Notes: generated by a model from the sequence alone, not told the origin. Positions 27,872 to 37,277 are shown, counted from the stretch's first letter. The stretch is DNA of 64,000 nucleotides from Candidatus Nomurabacteria bacterium (GCA_026396015.1 JAPLXP010000011.1:15897-79896); one strand, 5' to 3'. Made by a program: numbers and translations.

Positions 27872-29119
27872 CTAAGCGTTCTTACCTGCTACGTATCCAC
27901 TAGTCCAGCATAGCTGGAGTGAATATCCTCCTGAAGGTCTATTGATGTCGAGCAAGTCCCCTGTGACAAATAAATTTTTTATCATTTTTGAATTCATTGT
28001 CTTCATATCTATCTCGCGGAGATCTACGCCTCCATCAGCCACTACAGCGCGTTCAAAGCCCATCAGGCCCTCAATCTCCAATGGTAGAGCCTTTAGTGTA
28101 TCTATGATCTTTCTGCGATCCTCCTTGGATATACTGTGAACCTTGGTTTCGAAATCAATACCCTGAAATAGTGAATCGAGTGATTTATGAGTCCCATCTG
28201 GAACTATCAATTTAAAAATATTTCCAAAATTTTTATTTTTATTCCCATCAAATATTTTAAGTATTTTTTTATCAAGCATTGCTATGTCGTGGTCTGGGTA
28301 TAGATCAATCTTGGCAGTCACAATACCATCATATAACAGCTCTTGAACTTGTGCTGAAGAATTCAATATGAGTGGTCCTGATAAGCCAAAATGAGTAAAG
28401 AGTATCTTCCCTTTCTTTGCAAAAGATTTCTTGTCATCAAGGTAGAATGTAATCTTCATAAGGTCTACAGATATACCAGCGAGCTCTTTGACCCAATTGT
28501 CTGCTACGGCTAGAGGCACGATAGTCGGAGTCGGATCTTTTACTTTGTGGCCTAAATCTTTGAGGAAGTTGAATCCATCGCCAGTTGACCCTGTCTCTGG
28601 ATGAGACAGTCCACCAGTAGCGATGATATATGAATCTGCAAAATAATTGTCTTTAGTAGTTTCTATCTTTTTGATCTTGCTCTCTGTGTGGACGATATTG
28701 CGCACCTTTACACCTAATGCTAGGTCTACATTCAGCTTCTTGAGCTCTTTTTCTAATGTATTTGATACATCCACAGCCTTTTCTGACTTTGGAAATGCAC
28801 GCTTGCGAGCCTGTACTACTAGAGGTAGGCCCAGATCTTCAAAGAATTTGAATGTGTCATTCTTGTTGAATTGTGAAAATGGTGAATGAAGGAAGTCTTT
28901 TGCCTTACCATATTTTGATAGAAATATCTGCATATCATCCTCATTGTTTGTGATATTGCATCTACCACCACCAGAGATTTTCAATTTCTCTCCGAGTTTT
29001 TTGTTTTTCTCTATGATACAGACCTTGCGTCCTTGGCGTGCAGCTACAATAGCCGCCATCATCCCAGATGCGCCTCCACCGATTATCACTACATCAAATT
29101 TTTTGTCTTTTTGTATCAT
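27872..29119 (-). CDS. HI0933/BaiN-like FAD-dependent flavoprotein (NAD(FAD)-utilising dehydrogenase family)
   Basis: 415 aa. N-terminal Rossmann motif VVIIGGGASGMMAAIVAA and GGGRCNITN. Confidence 0.8.
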   Translation of the reverse strand: MIQKDKKFDVVIIGGGASGMMAAIVAARQGRKVCIIEKNKKLGEKLKISGGGRCNITNNEDDMQIFLSKYGKAKDFLHSPFSQFNKNDTFKFFEDLGLPLVVQARKRAFPKSEKAVDVSNTLEKELKKLNVDLALGVKVRNIVHTESKIKKIETTKDNYFADSYIIATGGLSHPETGSTGDGFNFLKDLGHKVKDPTPTIVPLAVADNWVKELAGISVDLMKITFYLDDKKSFAKKGKILFTHFGLSGPLILNSSAQVQELLYDGIVTAKIDLYPDHDIAMLDKKILKIFDGNKNKNFGNIFKLIVPDGTHKSLDSLFQGIDFETKVHSISKEDRRKIIDTLKALPLEIEGLMGFERAVVADGGVDLREIDMKTMNSKMIKNLFVTGDLLDINRPSGGYSLQLCWTSGYVAGKNA

Positions 29120-29171
29120 TTGTAAGTATTATAATAATAACACATTTTTTATAAAATGTCCATAATATTAA

Positions 29172-29199
29172 AAACCTCTTAATTTCTTAAGAGGTTTTT
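29172..29199 (-). terminator. intrinsic terminator (10-bp stem AACCTCTTAA/TTAAGAGGTT plus T-tract), bidirectional
   Basis: Direct read, 4 nt downstream of the decarboxylase stop. Confidence 0.6.
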
Positions 29200-29202
29200 A
29201 AT

Positions 29203-30585
29203 CTACCATCCAAAACTTTTTCCTACTTCTTCGGGTGTCTCACGCTTGCGAGCCATGACTACGTGACCATTCTCAACTATGATCTTAGCTGGAGATGAGA
29301 GCATACAGTGATGAGCGGCTAGTGGATCTTGGTATGCACCAGTATCAAATACTACGATGTACATAGGATCACCACCTGCACTACTATCATAATTTGGTAA
29401 TGTAACTGTACCATTTACTCCCGTATAGATATCATCTGAGTCACAAGAAGATCCTGCTAGCCATACATCTTCTAATTCATCGTCCCCTTTTGCATTTACT
29501 GGAGCGATTGACCACTTTTGACCTATTGCCCAAGTATCTAGAAGATCGTTCATAAAGCTACCATCGATCACATACCACTTCTTTGCACCTGCCTTTTTGT
29601 TGTTTATTGGCTTTGTATCAATAATCTTAAATACTGTGATCTGAGCTGGTGCTACTATGTAGCGTCCCCATTCACATACTAGATTTGGGTGTGGCATACC
29701 ACGCTTCTCGGCTTCATTCTTGAGTAACTGGAATACCTTTTCCATTAATTTATCAACAGGGTAGCTCTTTGTTCTTGTATAAGGTATTGGCATACCTCCA
29801 CCGATGTCCAGTGTATCTAGTGATGGATTCTTTTCCTTTAATTTAAAGTATATATCAAGAGCGTATTTGATTGGACCCAATACATCAGAAAGTTTCTCAA
29901 TTTGTGATCCAATATGATAGTGAACAATTTTCAAATTCTTGAATGATCCCATCTCTAGGATTTCTTTTGCAGAGAATCCAAAACGATCGATCGGCTTGTT
30001 CCAATATGAATCTGCTTTTACTGGCATATCTAGACGGATACCCACGTCATACTTTGAGTGCTGTAGGAATTTTAGTTCATTTGGACCTTCAATCAGTGGA
30101 AAAATCTTTACACCCTTGTGCTGTAGGTCGTCGATTAGGTTGATGTATTTGTCTGTCTTTGGTCCTGAACAAAGGATGCGGATATTCGGATTAAATTTTT
30201 CTTGCTCGAGCATCTTTTTAATCAAATAAAGATCATTGAAAGATGAAGTTTCTAGGTGGGCGCCTTCACCGACAATAGACATCACTATCTCTTTGTTCTG
30301 ATTTACCTTCATTGGATAATGGTAAAAGAATTTACCTTTGTATCCAGTCTTTTTTGCTAGCGCTTCATTCATATCTAGGAAATCTTCAAGTCTCTCCTCA
30401 ACAACAAAAGGCATCAATATTTCTAATGATGTGCCAAATTTTTCTGCCATGTATTTTACGTTATATATATTGTGTCCTTCTTTTATAATCAGATCACCGT
30501 CTTTATTGAAATCAAAATATTGAGTGTTCCACTCTTTCATCCCAAGCTTCCAGAGTTTTCTCGAAGCGGATATGTTTTTATTCAT
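29203..30585 (-). CDS. PLP-dependent decarboxylase of the Orn/DAP/Arg (alanine-racemase fold) family
   Basis: 460 aa. Motifs DIGGGMPIPY and HIGSQ. The substrate cannot be assigned from the sequence. Confidence 0.65.
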   Translation of the reverse strand: MNKNISASRKLWKLGMKEWNTQYFDFNKDGDLIIKEGHNIYNVKYMAEKFGTSLEILMPFVVEERLEDFLDMNEALAKKTGYKGKFFYHYPMKVNQNKEIVMSIVGEGAHLETSSFNDLYLIKKMLEQEKFNPNIRILCSGPKTDKYINLIDDLQHKGVKIFPLIEGPNELKFLQHSKYDVGIRLDMPVKADSYWNKPIDRFGFSAKEILEMGSFKNLKIVHYHIGSQIEKLSDVLGPIKYALDIYFKLKEKNPSLDTLDIGGGMPIPYTRTKSYPVDKLMEKVFQLLKNEAEKRGMPHPNLVCEWGRYIVAPAQITVFKIIDTKPINNKKAGAKKWYVIDGSFMNDLLDTWAIGQKWSIAPVNAKGDDELEDVWLAGSSCDSDDIYTGVNGTVTLPNYDSSAGGDPMYIVVFDTGAYQDPLAAHHCMLSSPAKIIVENGHVVMARKRETPEEVGKSFGW

Positions 30586-30697
30586 CTCTTTATAGCAAAC
30601 GCGATTTTTACTCCGCCTGCAATAAATAATAATACCTACTATTATACAGGATTTTTACGGAATGTAAATAGTCTAGCCTTATAAGTCCTTAAAAGTA

Positions 30698-30725
30698 TTG
30701 ACATATATTGAAATTTTTGTACAAT
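30698..30725 (+). promoter_or_regulatory. sigma70-like promoter TTGACA-16 bp-TACAAT for the 30771 gene
   Basis: Direct read. Confidence 0.45.
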
Positions 30726-30770
30726 TGAACTTAATTTTTAATTTGTTCCATCTTTAAATAAAAGCTTAAA

Positions 30771-31049
30771 ATGAGTAAAGAAACAGTAGACCCAGGAAGT
30801 ATTGGGATTAGAGAGCTTGGAAAAAAATTCCAAGCAATTATCGAAAGTTTTCAAAATGGTGATTTTGAAAAAATTAATTGTCCAACGCCCTCGAACAACA
30901 AGGGGCACGAGGAGATGATCTTCTTTACGTTCATTAAACCAAATGAATTTTTTTATATAAACAATTTAACTGGATCAATCACAGCACATAATTGGGTACT
31001 GGATGAAATCGCAGCTCTATTGGAAAATAAAAAACAAAAAGCAAACTAA
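30771..31049 (+). CDS. hypothetical protein
   Basis: 92-aa ORF with an upstream promoter and a downstream bidirectional terminator. Confidence 0.5.
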   Translation: MSKETVDPGSIGIRELGKKFQAIIESFQNGDFEKINCPTPSNNKGHEEMIFFTFIKPNEFFYINNLTGSITAHNWVLDEIAALLENKKQKAN

Positions 31050-31055
31050 TAAAAA

Positions 31056-31088
31056 GCACTTTGTATAATAGATACAAAGTGCTTTTTT
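31056..31088. terminator. bidirectional intrinsic terminator (11-bp stem GCACTTTGTAT/ATACAAAGTGC flanked by A- and T-tracts)
   Basis: Direct read; sits between the convergent 30771 gene and dnaJ. Confidence 0.7.
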
Positions 31089-32189
31089 CTATATCCCCTC
31101 TTGCTTTAGTATTTCAAGTGCATCGCGTGATTTTTTAGAAAGCTTGGTTGGCATCTTGATCTGAATGCGGATGATGATATCTCCACGCTTTGATCCAGAT
31201 GGTACGCCCTTGCCCTTTACCCTCAAAAATTCTCCATGATTTATCCCCTCTGGAATTTTTATTTCAAGTGATCCATCGAGAGTCTCGAGATCGTAGTTCA
31301 TACCTAGTAGTGCATCTGAGAGCTTGATATGTACATCAGTCATCAGATTCGCACCTTCACGGCGATACGTCTTGTGAGGCCGTATATTGATGCGGATATA
31401 TAGATCTCCAGACGGAGCACCTTTGATCGCTTCACCGCGACCTGTCATACGGATAGTCTCGCCATTGTTTAGTCCTGCTGGGATTGCCACCTTGATCTCT
31501 TCTTGTTTATTGTGTACACCTTTGCCATGACATTCACTGCATTTTTCATGAGGTATTTTTCCTGCACCTGTACATGAATCACATTGCTTGATACTAGAAA
31601 ATGATCCGAGGATAGAGCGCTTCATCTCTCTGATCTGGCCCTGGCCATTACAAGTCTTGCATTCGTCCATCTTTGTGCCAGGTTTTGCACCACTACCACT
31701 ACATACCTCACAAGCTGACTGCTTTGTGAGTAAAATTGACTTTGTAGTACCAAAAACAGCCTCGGTAAAGTCCAAGTCTATTTCTGTAGAAATATCGCGT
31801 CCACGGCGACTATGGGCCCCTCTGCGGCCCATCCCACCACTGAACATATCTCCAAAAATATCTCCTAAATCTCCCATGTCGAATTCCATACCACCTTGCC
31901 CTTGGTTGAAGCCAGAAAAGTCAAAACCACCGAAGCCTTGACCCCCTCCAAAACCACCCTGACCACCAGCAAAACCAGCAGGTCCGTCAGATCCAAACCT
32001 GTCGTACTGAGCACGCTTTTGATCGTGAGAAAGAGTCTGATAAGCCTCATTCACTTCTTTGAATTTTGTATCGTCACCCTTGTTTTTATCTGGATGGTAT
32101 TTATGCGCCATCTTATGAAAGGCCTTCTTGATCTCATCCTTTGAAGCGCTCTTATCTATTCCTAATGTTTCGTAGTAATCTTTTGCCAT
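31089..32189 (-). CDS. dnaJ: molecular chaperone DnaJ
   Basis: 366 aa. J-domain HPD (YHPDKN), G/F-rich linker, and four CxxCxGxG zinc-finger repeats. Confidence 0.95.
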   Translation of the reverse strand: MAKDYYETLGIDKSASKDEIKKAFHKMAHKYHPDKNKGDDTKFKEVNEAYQTLSHDQKRAQYDRFGSDGPAGFAGGQGGFGGGQGFGGFDFSGFNQGQGGMEFDMGDLGDIFGDMFSGGMGRRGAHSRRGRDISTEIDLDFTEAVFGTTKSILLTKQSACEVCSGSGAKPGTKMDECKTCNGQGQIREMKRSILGSFSSIKQCDSCTGAGKIPHEKCSECHGKGVHNKQEEIKVAIPAGLNNGETIRMTGRGEAIKGAPSGDLYIRINIRPHKTYRREGANLMTDVHIKLSDALLGMNYDLETLDGSLEIKIPEGINHGEFLRVKGKGVPSGSKRGDIIIRIQIKMPTKLSKKSRDALEILKQEGI

Positions 32190-32225
32190 AATATTTTTTA
32201 ATTATACAGATACTAATTAGTAAGT

Positions 32226-32258
32226 CAAAAATTCCTGAAATTTATTTCAGGAATTTTT
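32226..32258 (-). terminator. dnaK-dnaJ intercistronic hairpin (11-bp stem ATTCCTGAAAT/ATTTCAGGAAT plus T-tract); partial terminator/attenuator
   Basis: Direct read. Confidence 0.55.
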
Positions 32259-32265
32259 ATAAAGA

Positions 32266-34155
32266 CTATTTATTCTCTGGGTTCTCGTTTACTTCTGCAT
32301 CCTTGATCTCTTCTGCTTGAGGTTCTGCTGTTGTTCCTGTCTCAGGAGCGGCACCAGCCTTACTCATAGCTTCGCCAATCTTGGACATCTCGCTAGATAG
32401 AGCCTCTGTAGCATTCTTAATTGCATCAAGATCACTACCCTCTTTTGTAGCACGGAGAGCAGATATTGCAGATTCTACACCAGCCTTGAGTTCTGGTGTC
32501 ACTTTGTCACCATAATCTTTTATAGATTTCTCGGCAGTAAAGATTGTCATTTCTGCAGTATTTTTCGCATCAACAATTTCCTTTTTCTTTGCATCCTCCT
32601 CGGCATGAGTCTCGGCATCAGCCTGCATCTTTTTGATATCTGCATCAGATAGACCTGAAGAGGCTTCTATGCGAATTGATGTTTCTTTTCCTGAAGCTTT
32701 GTCTTTTGCTTTTACATTCAGAATTCCGTTCGCATCGACATCAAATGTCACTTCGATCTGTGGCATACCGCGTGGAGCTGGTGGAATATCTCCAAGGATG
32801 AATCGTCCTAATGATTTGTTGTCACTAGCCATTGATCGCTCTCCCTGAGTGATGTGTATTTCTACACTTGTCTGATTGTCGGCAGCGGTTGAGAATACTT
32901 GAGATTTTGAAGATGGGATTGTAGTATTGCGTTCTACTAATTTTGTAGCGATTCCTCCTAGTGTCTCGATACCCAGTGATAGTGGAATAACATCGAGGAG
33001 TAGGACATCCTTTACATCACCTTGGAGTACTCCAGCCTGGACTGCAGCACCTAGGGCCACTACCTCGTCTGGGTTGATACTGCGATTTGGCTCTTTATTG
33101 AAGAGTGCCTTTACAGCCTCTACTATCGCTGGCATTCTTGTCTGACCTCCTACCATGATGATCTCATTGATCTCACTCATTTTGAATGGTGAAGCCTCCA
33201 TAGCACGCTTTGTGATCTCGATAGAACGCTTTATATATTCATCAGCGATAGATTCGAGCATGGCACGAGTCATCTTTTCTACTAGGTGCTCTGGGCCATT
33301 CGCACCACTTGTGATGAATGGGATATTGATCTCTGTCTCTGGAGTTGTGGAAAGTTCAATCTTTGCTTTTTCAGCTGCCTCGTCGAGACGCTGTAGAGCA
33401 AGAGGGTCTTTTGATATATCGATACCTGTGCGAGATTTGAATCCATCTGCTAGCCAGTTGATGATCTTTTGATCGATATCACGTCCTCCCATGTGACTAT
33501 CTCCATCTGTAGATTTTACTTCGATAACATCGTTTGAAACTTCGAGAACTGACACGTCGAATGTACCACCTCCAAAGTCGTAAACAACAATCTTTTCATC
33601 TTTCTTTGTGTTGAATCCGTATGCTAGAGCTGCTGCTGTAGGCTCGTTGATGATACGCATCACCTCGAGTCCTGCGATAGCACCTGCATCCTTTGTAGCC
33701 TTTCTCTGAGCATCGTTGAAGTATGCAGGCACTGTGATGATAGCTTGAGTTATTTTTTCTCCGAGCTTTGCCTCTACATCGGCCTTGATCTTTGAAAGGA
33801 TCATCGCTGATACTTCTTCTGGGCGCTTCATCTCACCACCTATGCCTACCTCTACTCCACCATCTTTACCATTTTGAATCTTGAATGAAGCAGTTTTTTG
33901 TGTCTTCTGTATTTCAGGATCAGCAAAATTGTGACCCATGAATCGCTTGATACCGTAGATTGTATTTGTAGGATTTGTCACAGCCTGACGCTTTGCTAGA
34001 AGTCCGACAAGACGATCGCCATTTTTGGCAATCGCTACGATAGAAGGAGTCGTACGAGCACCCTCGATATTTTCTATTATTTTTGGCTGACCACCTTCGA
34101 TGATAGCCACTGCACTATTTGTTGTACCCAAGTCTATACCTATGATTTTTGACAT
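32266..34155 (-). CDS. dnaK: molecular chaperone DnaK (Hsp70)
   Basis: 629 aa. [18 protein letters not shown] and the C-terminal acidic tail are present. Confidence 0.97.
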   Translation of the reverse strand: MSKIIGIDLGTTNSAVAIIEGGQPKIIENIEGARTTPSIVAIAKNGDRLVGLLAKRQAVTNPTNTIYGIKRFMGHNFADPEIQKTQKTASFKIQNGKDGGVEVGIGGEMKRPEEVSAMILSKIKADVEAKLGEKITQAIITVPAYFNDAQRKATKDAGAIAGLEVMRIINEPTAAALAYGFNTKKDEKIVVYDFGGGTFDVSVLEVSNDVIEVKSTDGDSHMGGRDIDQKIINWLADGFKSRTGIDISKDPLALQRLDEAAEKAKIELSTTPETEINIPFITSGANGPEHLVEKMTRAMLESIADEYIKRSIEITKRAMEASPFKMSEINEIIMVGGQTRMPAIVEAVKALFNKEPNRSINPDEVVALGAAVQAGVLQGDVKDVLLLDVIPLSLGIETLGGIATKLVERNTTIPSSKSQVFSTAADNQTSVEIHITQGERSMASDNKSLGRFILGDIPPAPRGMPQIEVTFDVDANGILNVKAKDKASGKETSIRIEASSGLSDADIKKMQADAETHAEEDAKKKEIVDAKNTAEMTIFTAEKSIKDYGDKVTPELKAGVESAISALRATKEGSDLDAIKNATEALSSEMSKIGEAMSKAGAAPETGTTAEPQAEEIKDAEVNENPENK

Positions 34156-34169
34156 ATATGTTTATTTGA

Positions 34170-34730
34170 TTAACTTTTAATGCTTGCAATAATATTTGTC
34201 CGATTTTGATCTATATAATGTTTAAATAAAGGAAATTTTTCAGAAATCTCATAATATACACCAGATGAGTTACCAGATTTCCAAAAATTTTTAATTATTT
34301 TTTCATTAGTCCAATGAAGTAAAACAAAATCATCCAAATTATTTCTTCCTTTTATTATTAAATTACCTATTTCTTTTTCATCTAATTGGTTAAATTTTTT
34401 TATAAATTCTGAATGCTCTTTAAATCCTTCTTCAAATTTTAAAAGTCCTGATTTTATTTTATTGTTTATCTCTATTTTATTGTAGTAAAAGTAAAGATTA
34501 GGGATTAATTTAGAAATATAACTTGATACACTACCTAGTCCAGTAATATTATCAATATCACCTGAATCATTAAATTTAAAATCATATTTTATTTTAAATC
34601 CTGATTCTTTTTCTTTATCTACAACACTGTTAATAGTTGCTTCTATGTCATTTAATAATTTATTATTTAAATAATCAAAATCTTTTAGTAATTCTATTTC
34701 TGTAAATAAATTTGTGTCTAATTTTCTCAT
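34170..34730 (-). CDS. hypothetical protein, ultra-AT-rich (foreign-looking)
   Basis: 186-aa ORF, strongly AT-biased and Asn/Lys/Ile-rich. It ends 14 bp upstream of dnaK. Confidence 0.5.
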   Translation of the reverse strand: MRKLDTNLFTEIELLKDFDYLNNKLLNDIEATINSVVDKEKESGFKIKYDFKFNDSGDIDNITGLGSVSSYISKLIPNLYFYYNKIEINNKIKSGLLKFEEGFKEHSEFIKKFNQLDEKEIGNLIIKGRNNLDDFVLLHWTNEKIIKNFWKSGNSSGVYYEISEKFPLFKHYIDQNRTNIIASIKS

Positions 34731-34733
34731 ATA

Positions 34734-35162
34734 TTAATTTATTTCATTAATTTTTAATAATTTTCTAATTTTTAAAATCTCTTCTCTTCTTGTTTTGGCA
34801 TCACATATATACCAAGATAAACTTACAAGTAAACATAAATTATCTGCGGCCTTTCTAATATTTTTTGATTTAATATTTTTGAATACTAATCTTTTGTAAT
34901 CTGTTTCTAGGTCGCATGACAATGCTCTAATTTTATTTTCAATTTCCTCTGATATCTCTTTGGGAATTTTTTCTATGTCATTAAGTATTACTGATAAGTA
35001 AAAATTTAACTGATGGTCAATTTTAGATACAGTGTCTTTGTATTTTTGTCTTGGTTTTAATATGTAATCTTGAAATATTTGACTCAAAACAAATACTAAT
35101 ACTCCAGCAATTACAGTTTGAAAAACAGTACTTTGTATTAAAATTAATAAAAAATTAAACAT
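34734..35162 (-). CDS. hypothetical membrane-anchored protein, ultra-AT-rich
   Basis: 142 aa with an N-terminal TM helix. There is a 3-bp gap to the next gene. Confidence 0.5.
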   Translation of the reverse strand: MFNFLLILIQSTVFQTVIAGVLVFVLSQIFQDYILKPRQKYKDTVSKIDHQLNFYLSVILNDIEKIPKEISEEIENKIRALSCDLETDYKRLVFKNIKSKNIRKAADNLCLLVSLSWYICDAKTRREEILKIRKLLKINEIN

Positions 35163-35199
35163 ATATTACATAATATACCCAATTTATATTTTTGACAAG

Positions 35200-35215
35200 T
35201 ATTTAGTGACCACTA
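35200..35215. promoter_or_regulatory. 16-bp perfect palindrome TTTAGTG-AC-CACTAAA in a divergent promoter region, overlapping a TTGACA -35 box
   Basis: Direct read. It lies between the 34734..35162 (-) gene and the PaaX-like regulator gene (+). TGCTATAAT at 35239-35247 precedes the regulator gene. Confidence 0.5.
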
Positions 35216-35249
35216 AAACTATGTTGATATTATATTCAGCTATGCTATA

Positions 35250-35876
35250 ATGTCAAGCATGGAAAATAAGCCTAAAAAACAAGATTTTTCAAAGAAAATC
35301 ATTAAAATATTGTCTGGAAAGAGCGCTGTGGCGGTGGATGATTTAGTAAATATGGTATCGCATTCATCCCCTCCTTTCGGAGGAGGGGTGGCTGAAATCC
35401 GGGGTGGTGATCCAATTCGAATCACCACCCCCAACCCCCTCCTCAACAAGGAGGGGGCGAAAAATGCATACGCCCTTACTCGCTCTATAAAGGGATTAGA
35501 GGACTCAGGGCTCATAGAGCAGGTGTCTTCAGGGCAATCTAAATACGCTCGCCTGACCAAGGAAGGCAAGAAAAAGGCGCATAGCCTGAAGCTCGATGGA
35601 GATGGGGCTATTATTGATACGTCTTGGGACGGATACTGGAGGATGATCATTCTCGATATTCCTGAGGATAGAAAGAGTGAGCGTGAAGCACTACGATACC
35701 TACTAAAAAAAGCAGGATTCATTTGTGTAAAGAATTCAGTATGGATATCTATACTCCCATTTGAAAACTTGTTCATGAATATTAAAAAGGATTTAGGCTT
35801 GACCACAGAGATGATGATCGTAGTCACTGATCGCATAGACGAGGATACAGAAAAAGAGTTTTTGAAGTTGATTTAA
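35250..35876 (+). CDS. PaaX-like transcriptional regulator (N-terminal wHTH + PaaX_C/Cas2-fold C-domain) carrying an in-frame GC-rich insert
   Basis: 208 aa. The N-terminal wHTH reads ILSGKSAVAVDDLVNMV. The C-terminal domain reads WDGYWRMIILDIPEDRKSEREALRYLLKKAGFICVKNSVW. Residues about 38-72 (HSSPPFGGGVAEIRGGDPIRITTPNPLLNKEGAKN) are encoded by the palindromic element at 35368-35457. Confidence 0.65.
   Translation: MSSMENKPKKQDFSKKIIKILSGKSAVAVDDLVNMVSHSSPPFGGGVAEIRGGDPIRITTPNPLLNKEGAKNAYALTRSIKGLEDSGLIEQVSSGQSKYARLTKEGKKKAHSLKLDGDGAIIDTSWDGYWRMIILDIPEDRKSEREALRYLLKKAGFICVKNSVWISILPFENLFMNIKKDLGLTTEMMIVVTDRIDEDTEKEFLKLI
35368..35457 (+). repeat. GC-rich palindromic mini-element A, about 90 bp with three hairpins, inserted in frame in the PaaX-like gene
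   Basis: Stems read directly: CCCCTCC/GGAGGGG, GGTGGTGAT/ATCACCACC (9 bp), CCCCCTCC/GGAGGGGG (8 bp). Confidence 0.7.
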
Positions 35877-35937
35877 GACTTGTTTGACATATATTCTAAA
35901 TACGTTATAATAAGAAAAAATTAAAAAGGAGGAAAAT

Positions 35938-36501
35938 ATGTCGCACCTTAAAATGGAAGTTATAGTTTGTATTGCATTAGCTCGTTTCTTTTGTTTAAAA
36001 AATAATAAAAAACCTGATCCATATAAAAATGCCGTTGAAGAAGTGCGATTGGAATATTTTCCTGAGTACGATCAACATGAATTTTTAGGAGATATTACGA
36101 AAGTAAAAAATCGTATTAAAAAAGATGGGACCATGGCTCTTATTTTAGCTAAAATAAGAGAGGGTAAGAAATATTCTGAAATATCCGATTTACTTGATAA
36201 TAAAAATCAGGAAGAAATGGACTTTCATAAAAATTCTTATTCTAAATATAATTTTGAAAGCGGAATAGCTCTGTATCACTATCTTAGTGCTGGCGCTGTA
36301 CCAGATTGTGCTCATGACACCATTACTCCATATGAGGCCAGCTTGCTTGGTGTAGATCCAGATCCTAAGGAAGTGTTCTTAAAACAAATACAAGAAGAGC
36401 CAATCTTTATGGTGACTGCTAAAAAAATAAGAAGAAAAATAAAAGAAAAATTGCAATTACATTTTGATTTCTACGATAACCCTGATGTTGTTATGGGTTA
36501 A
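35938..36501 (+). CDS. hypothetical protein
   Basis: 187-aa ORF followed by a bidirectional terminator. Confidence 0.5.
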   Translation: MSHLKMEVIVCIALARFFCLKNNKKPDPYKNAVEEVRLEYFPEYDQHEFLGDITKVKNRIKKDGTMALILAKIREGKKYSEISDLLDNKNQEEMDFHKNSYSKYNFESGIALYHYLSAGAVPDCAHDTITPYEASLLGVDPDPKEVFLKQIQEEPIFMVTAKKIRRKIKEKLQLHFDFYDNPDVVMG

Positions 36502-36504
36502 AAC

Positions 36505-36536
36505 AAAAAAGCCGCACTATAATGTGTGGCTTTTTT
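36505..36536. terminator. bidirectional intrinsic terminator (GCCGCAC/GTGTGGC stem flanked by A6 and T6)
   Basis: Direct read; between convergent genes 35938..36501 and grpE. Confidence 0.65.
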
Positions 36537-36544
36537 ATTTGTCT

Positions 36545-37123
36545 TTATTTAAATGCGTAGACTTTTACACGAGCTGGGCGGATGACTTTATCCCCCATCT
36601 TGTATCCAGATTGGATTACCATAGCTACTGTATGATCTTTACTTTCTTCGTCTGTATCAATATTCTCTATGGCTTCATGTGTATTGTGGTCAAAAGCTAC
36701 TCCTACACTATCAATCTTTGTAATATTATATGATTCTAGTGTTTTACCGAATTGCTGATGGATGTATTCCATACCATTTCTCCAGTTTGCATCCACCTTT
36801 TCCCATGCCTCCTTGTTTGATAGTGCCATATCAAAGGCATCCAATGCTGGGAGCAGATCCTCTACTAGTCCTGCAGTGATGAATCCACGAAGGTCTTTAA
36901 TCTTGGTATCCATGTCTTTTTGGGCATTGGCATAGTCAGCCTTGGATCTTTGCCATCCAGTCAAATACTCTTCTTTTTCTTTTCTAAGGGTTTTTATTTC
37001 TTCGCGAAGTTTTTTTACTATATCCTTTGTTGGCAGCTCATCACCATCCTCAGTACTGTCTACAAAAGTCACATCATCAACTTCTTCAATATTTTCTTGT
37101 TTTATTTCATCTTCATTTTTCAT
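36545..37123 (-). CDS. grpE: nucleotide exchange factor GrpE
   Basis: 192 aa. Acidic N-terminus, coiled coil, and a C-terminal beta-domain (KVIRPARVKV). Confidence 0.9.
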   Translation of the reverse strand: MKNEDEIKQENIEEVDDVTFVDSTEDGDELPTKDIVKKLREEIKTLRKEKEEYLTGWQRSKADYANAQKDMDTKIKDLRGFITAGLVEDLLPALDAFDMALSNKEAWEKVDANWRNGMEYIHQQFGKTLESYNITKIDSVGVAFDHNTHEAIENIDTDEESKDHTVAMVIQSGYKMGDKVIRPARVKVYAFK

Positions 37124-37132
37124 AGCGAGTTT

Positions 37133-37160
37133 ATTATATCAAATAATTTTATATATTCAA
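37133..37160 (-). promoter_or_regulatory. grpE promoter (- strand TTGAAT-16-TATAAT, 9 nt before the ATG)
   Basis: Reverse complement of 37124-37160 read directly; no CIRCE element seen. Confidence 0.45.
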
Positions 37161-37166
37161 CAAAAA

Positions 37167-37190
37167 AATCCCCGAAGGGATTCTTTTGTT
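37167..37190 (-). terminator. hairpin AATCCC-CGAA-GGGATT with a T7 tract on the - strand (insulator between rpsI and grpE)
   Basis: Direct read. Confidence 0.5.
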
Positions 37191-37277
37191 TGCGATTAAC
37201 GCTTACGTCACAAGTATTTTTCTGTTGAAAAATCTCGCGACCCCGCCTCGTGCCGACACACTCCGGCCGTCAAAACT

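Noticed and set aside
32190-32265. A search for an HrcA CIRCE element (TTAGCACTC-N9-GAGTGCTAA) near dnaK and grpE.
   Set aside because: It was not found. Only a dnaK-dnaJ attenuator hairpin and an unrelated 16-bp palindrome at 35200 are present.
35403-35429. A tRNA T-arm-like sequence, ggtggtgatccaattcgaatcaccacc.
   Set aside because: No acceptor, D or anticodon arms are foldable around it. It is the central hairpin of mini-element A, inside a coding region.
35240-35836. A 198-aa ORF on the - strand, fully overlapping the PaaX-like regulator gene.
   Set aside because: The + strand product has clear wHTH and PaaX_C-like motifs. The - strand ORF is low-complexity (Ser/Pro/Arg-rich) and is kept open by the GC-rich palindromic element. 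It is treated as a shadow ORF.
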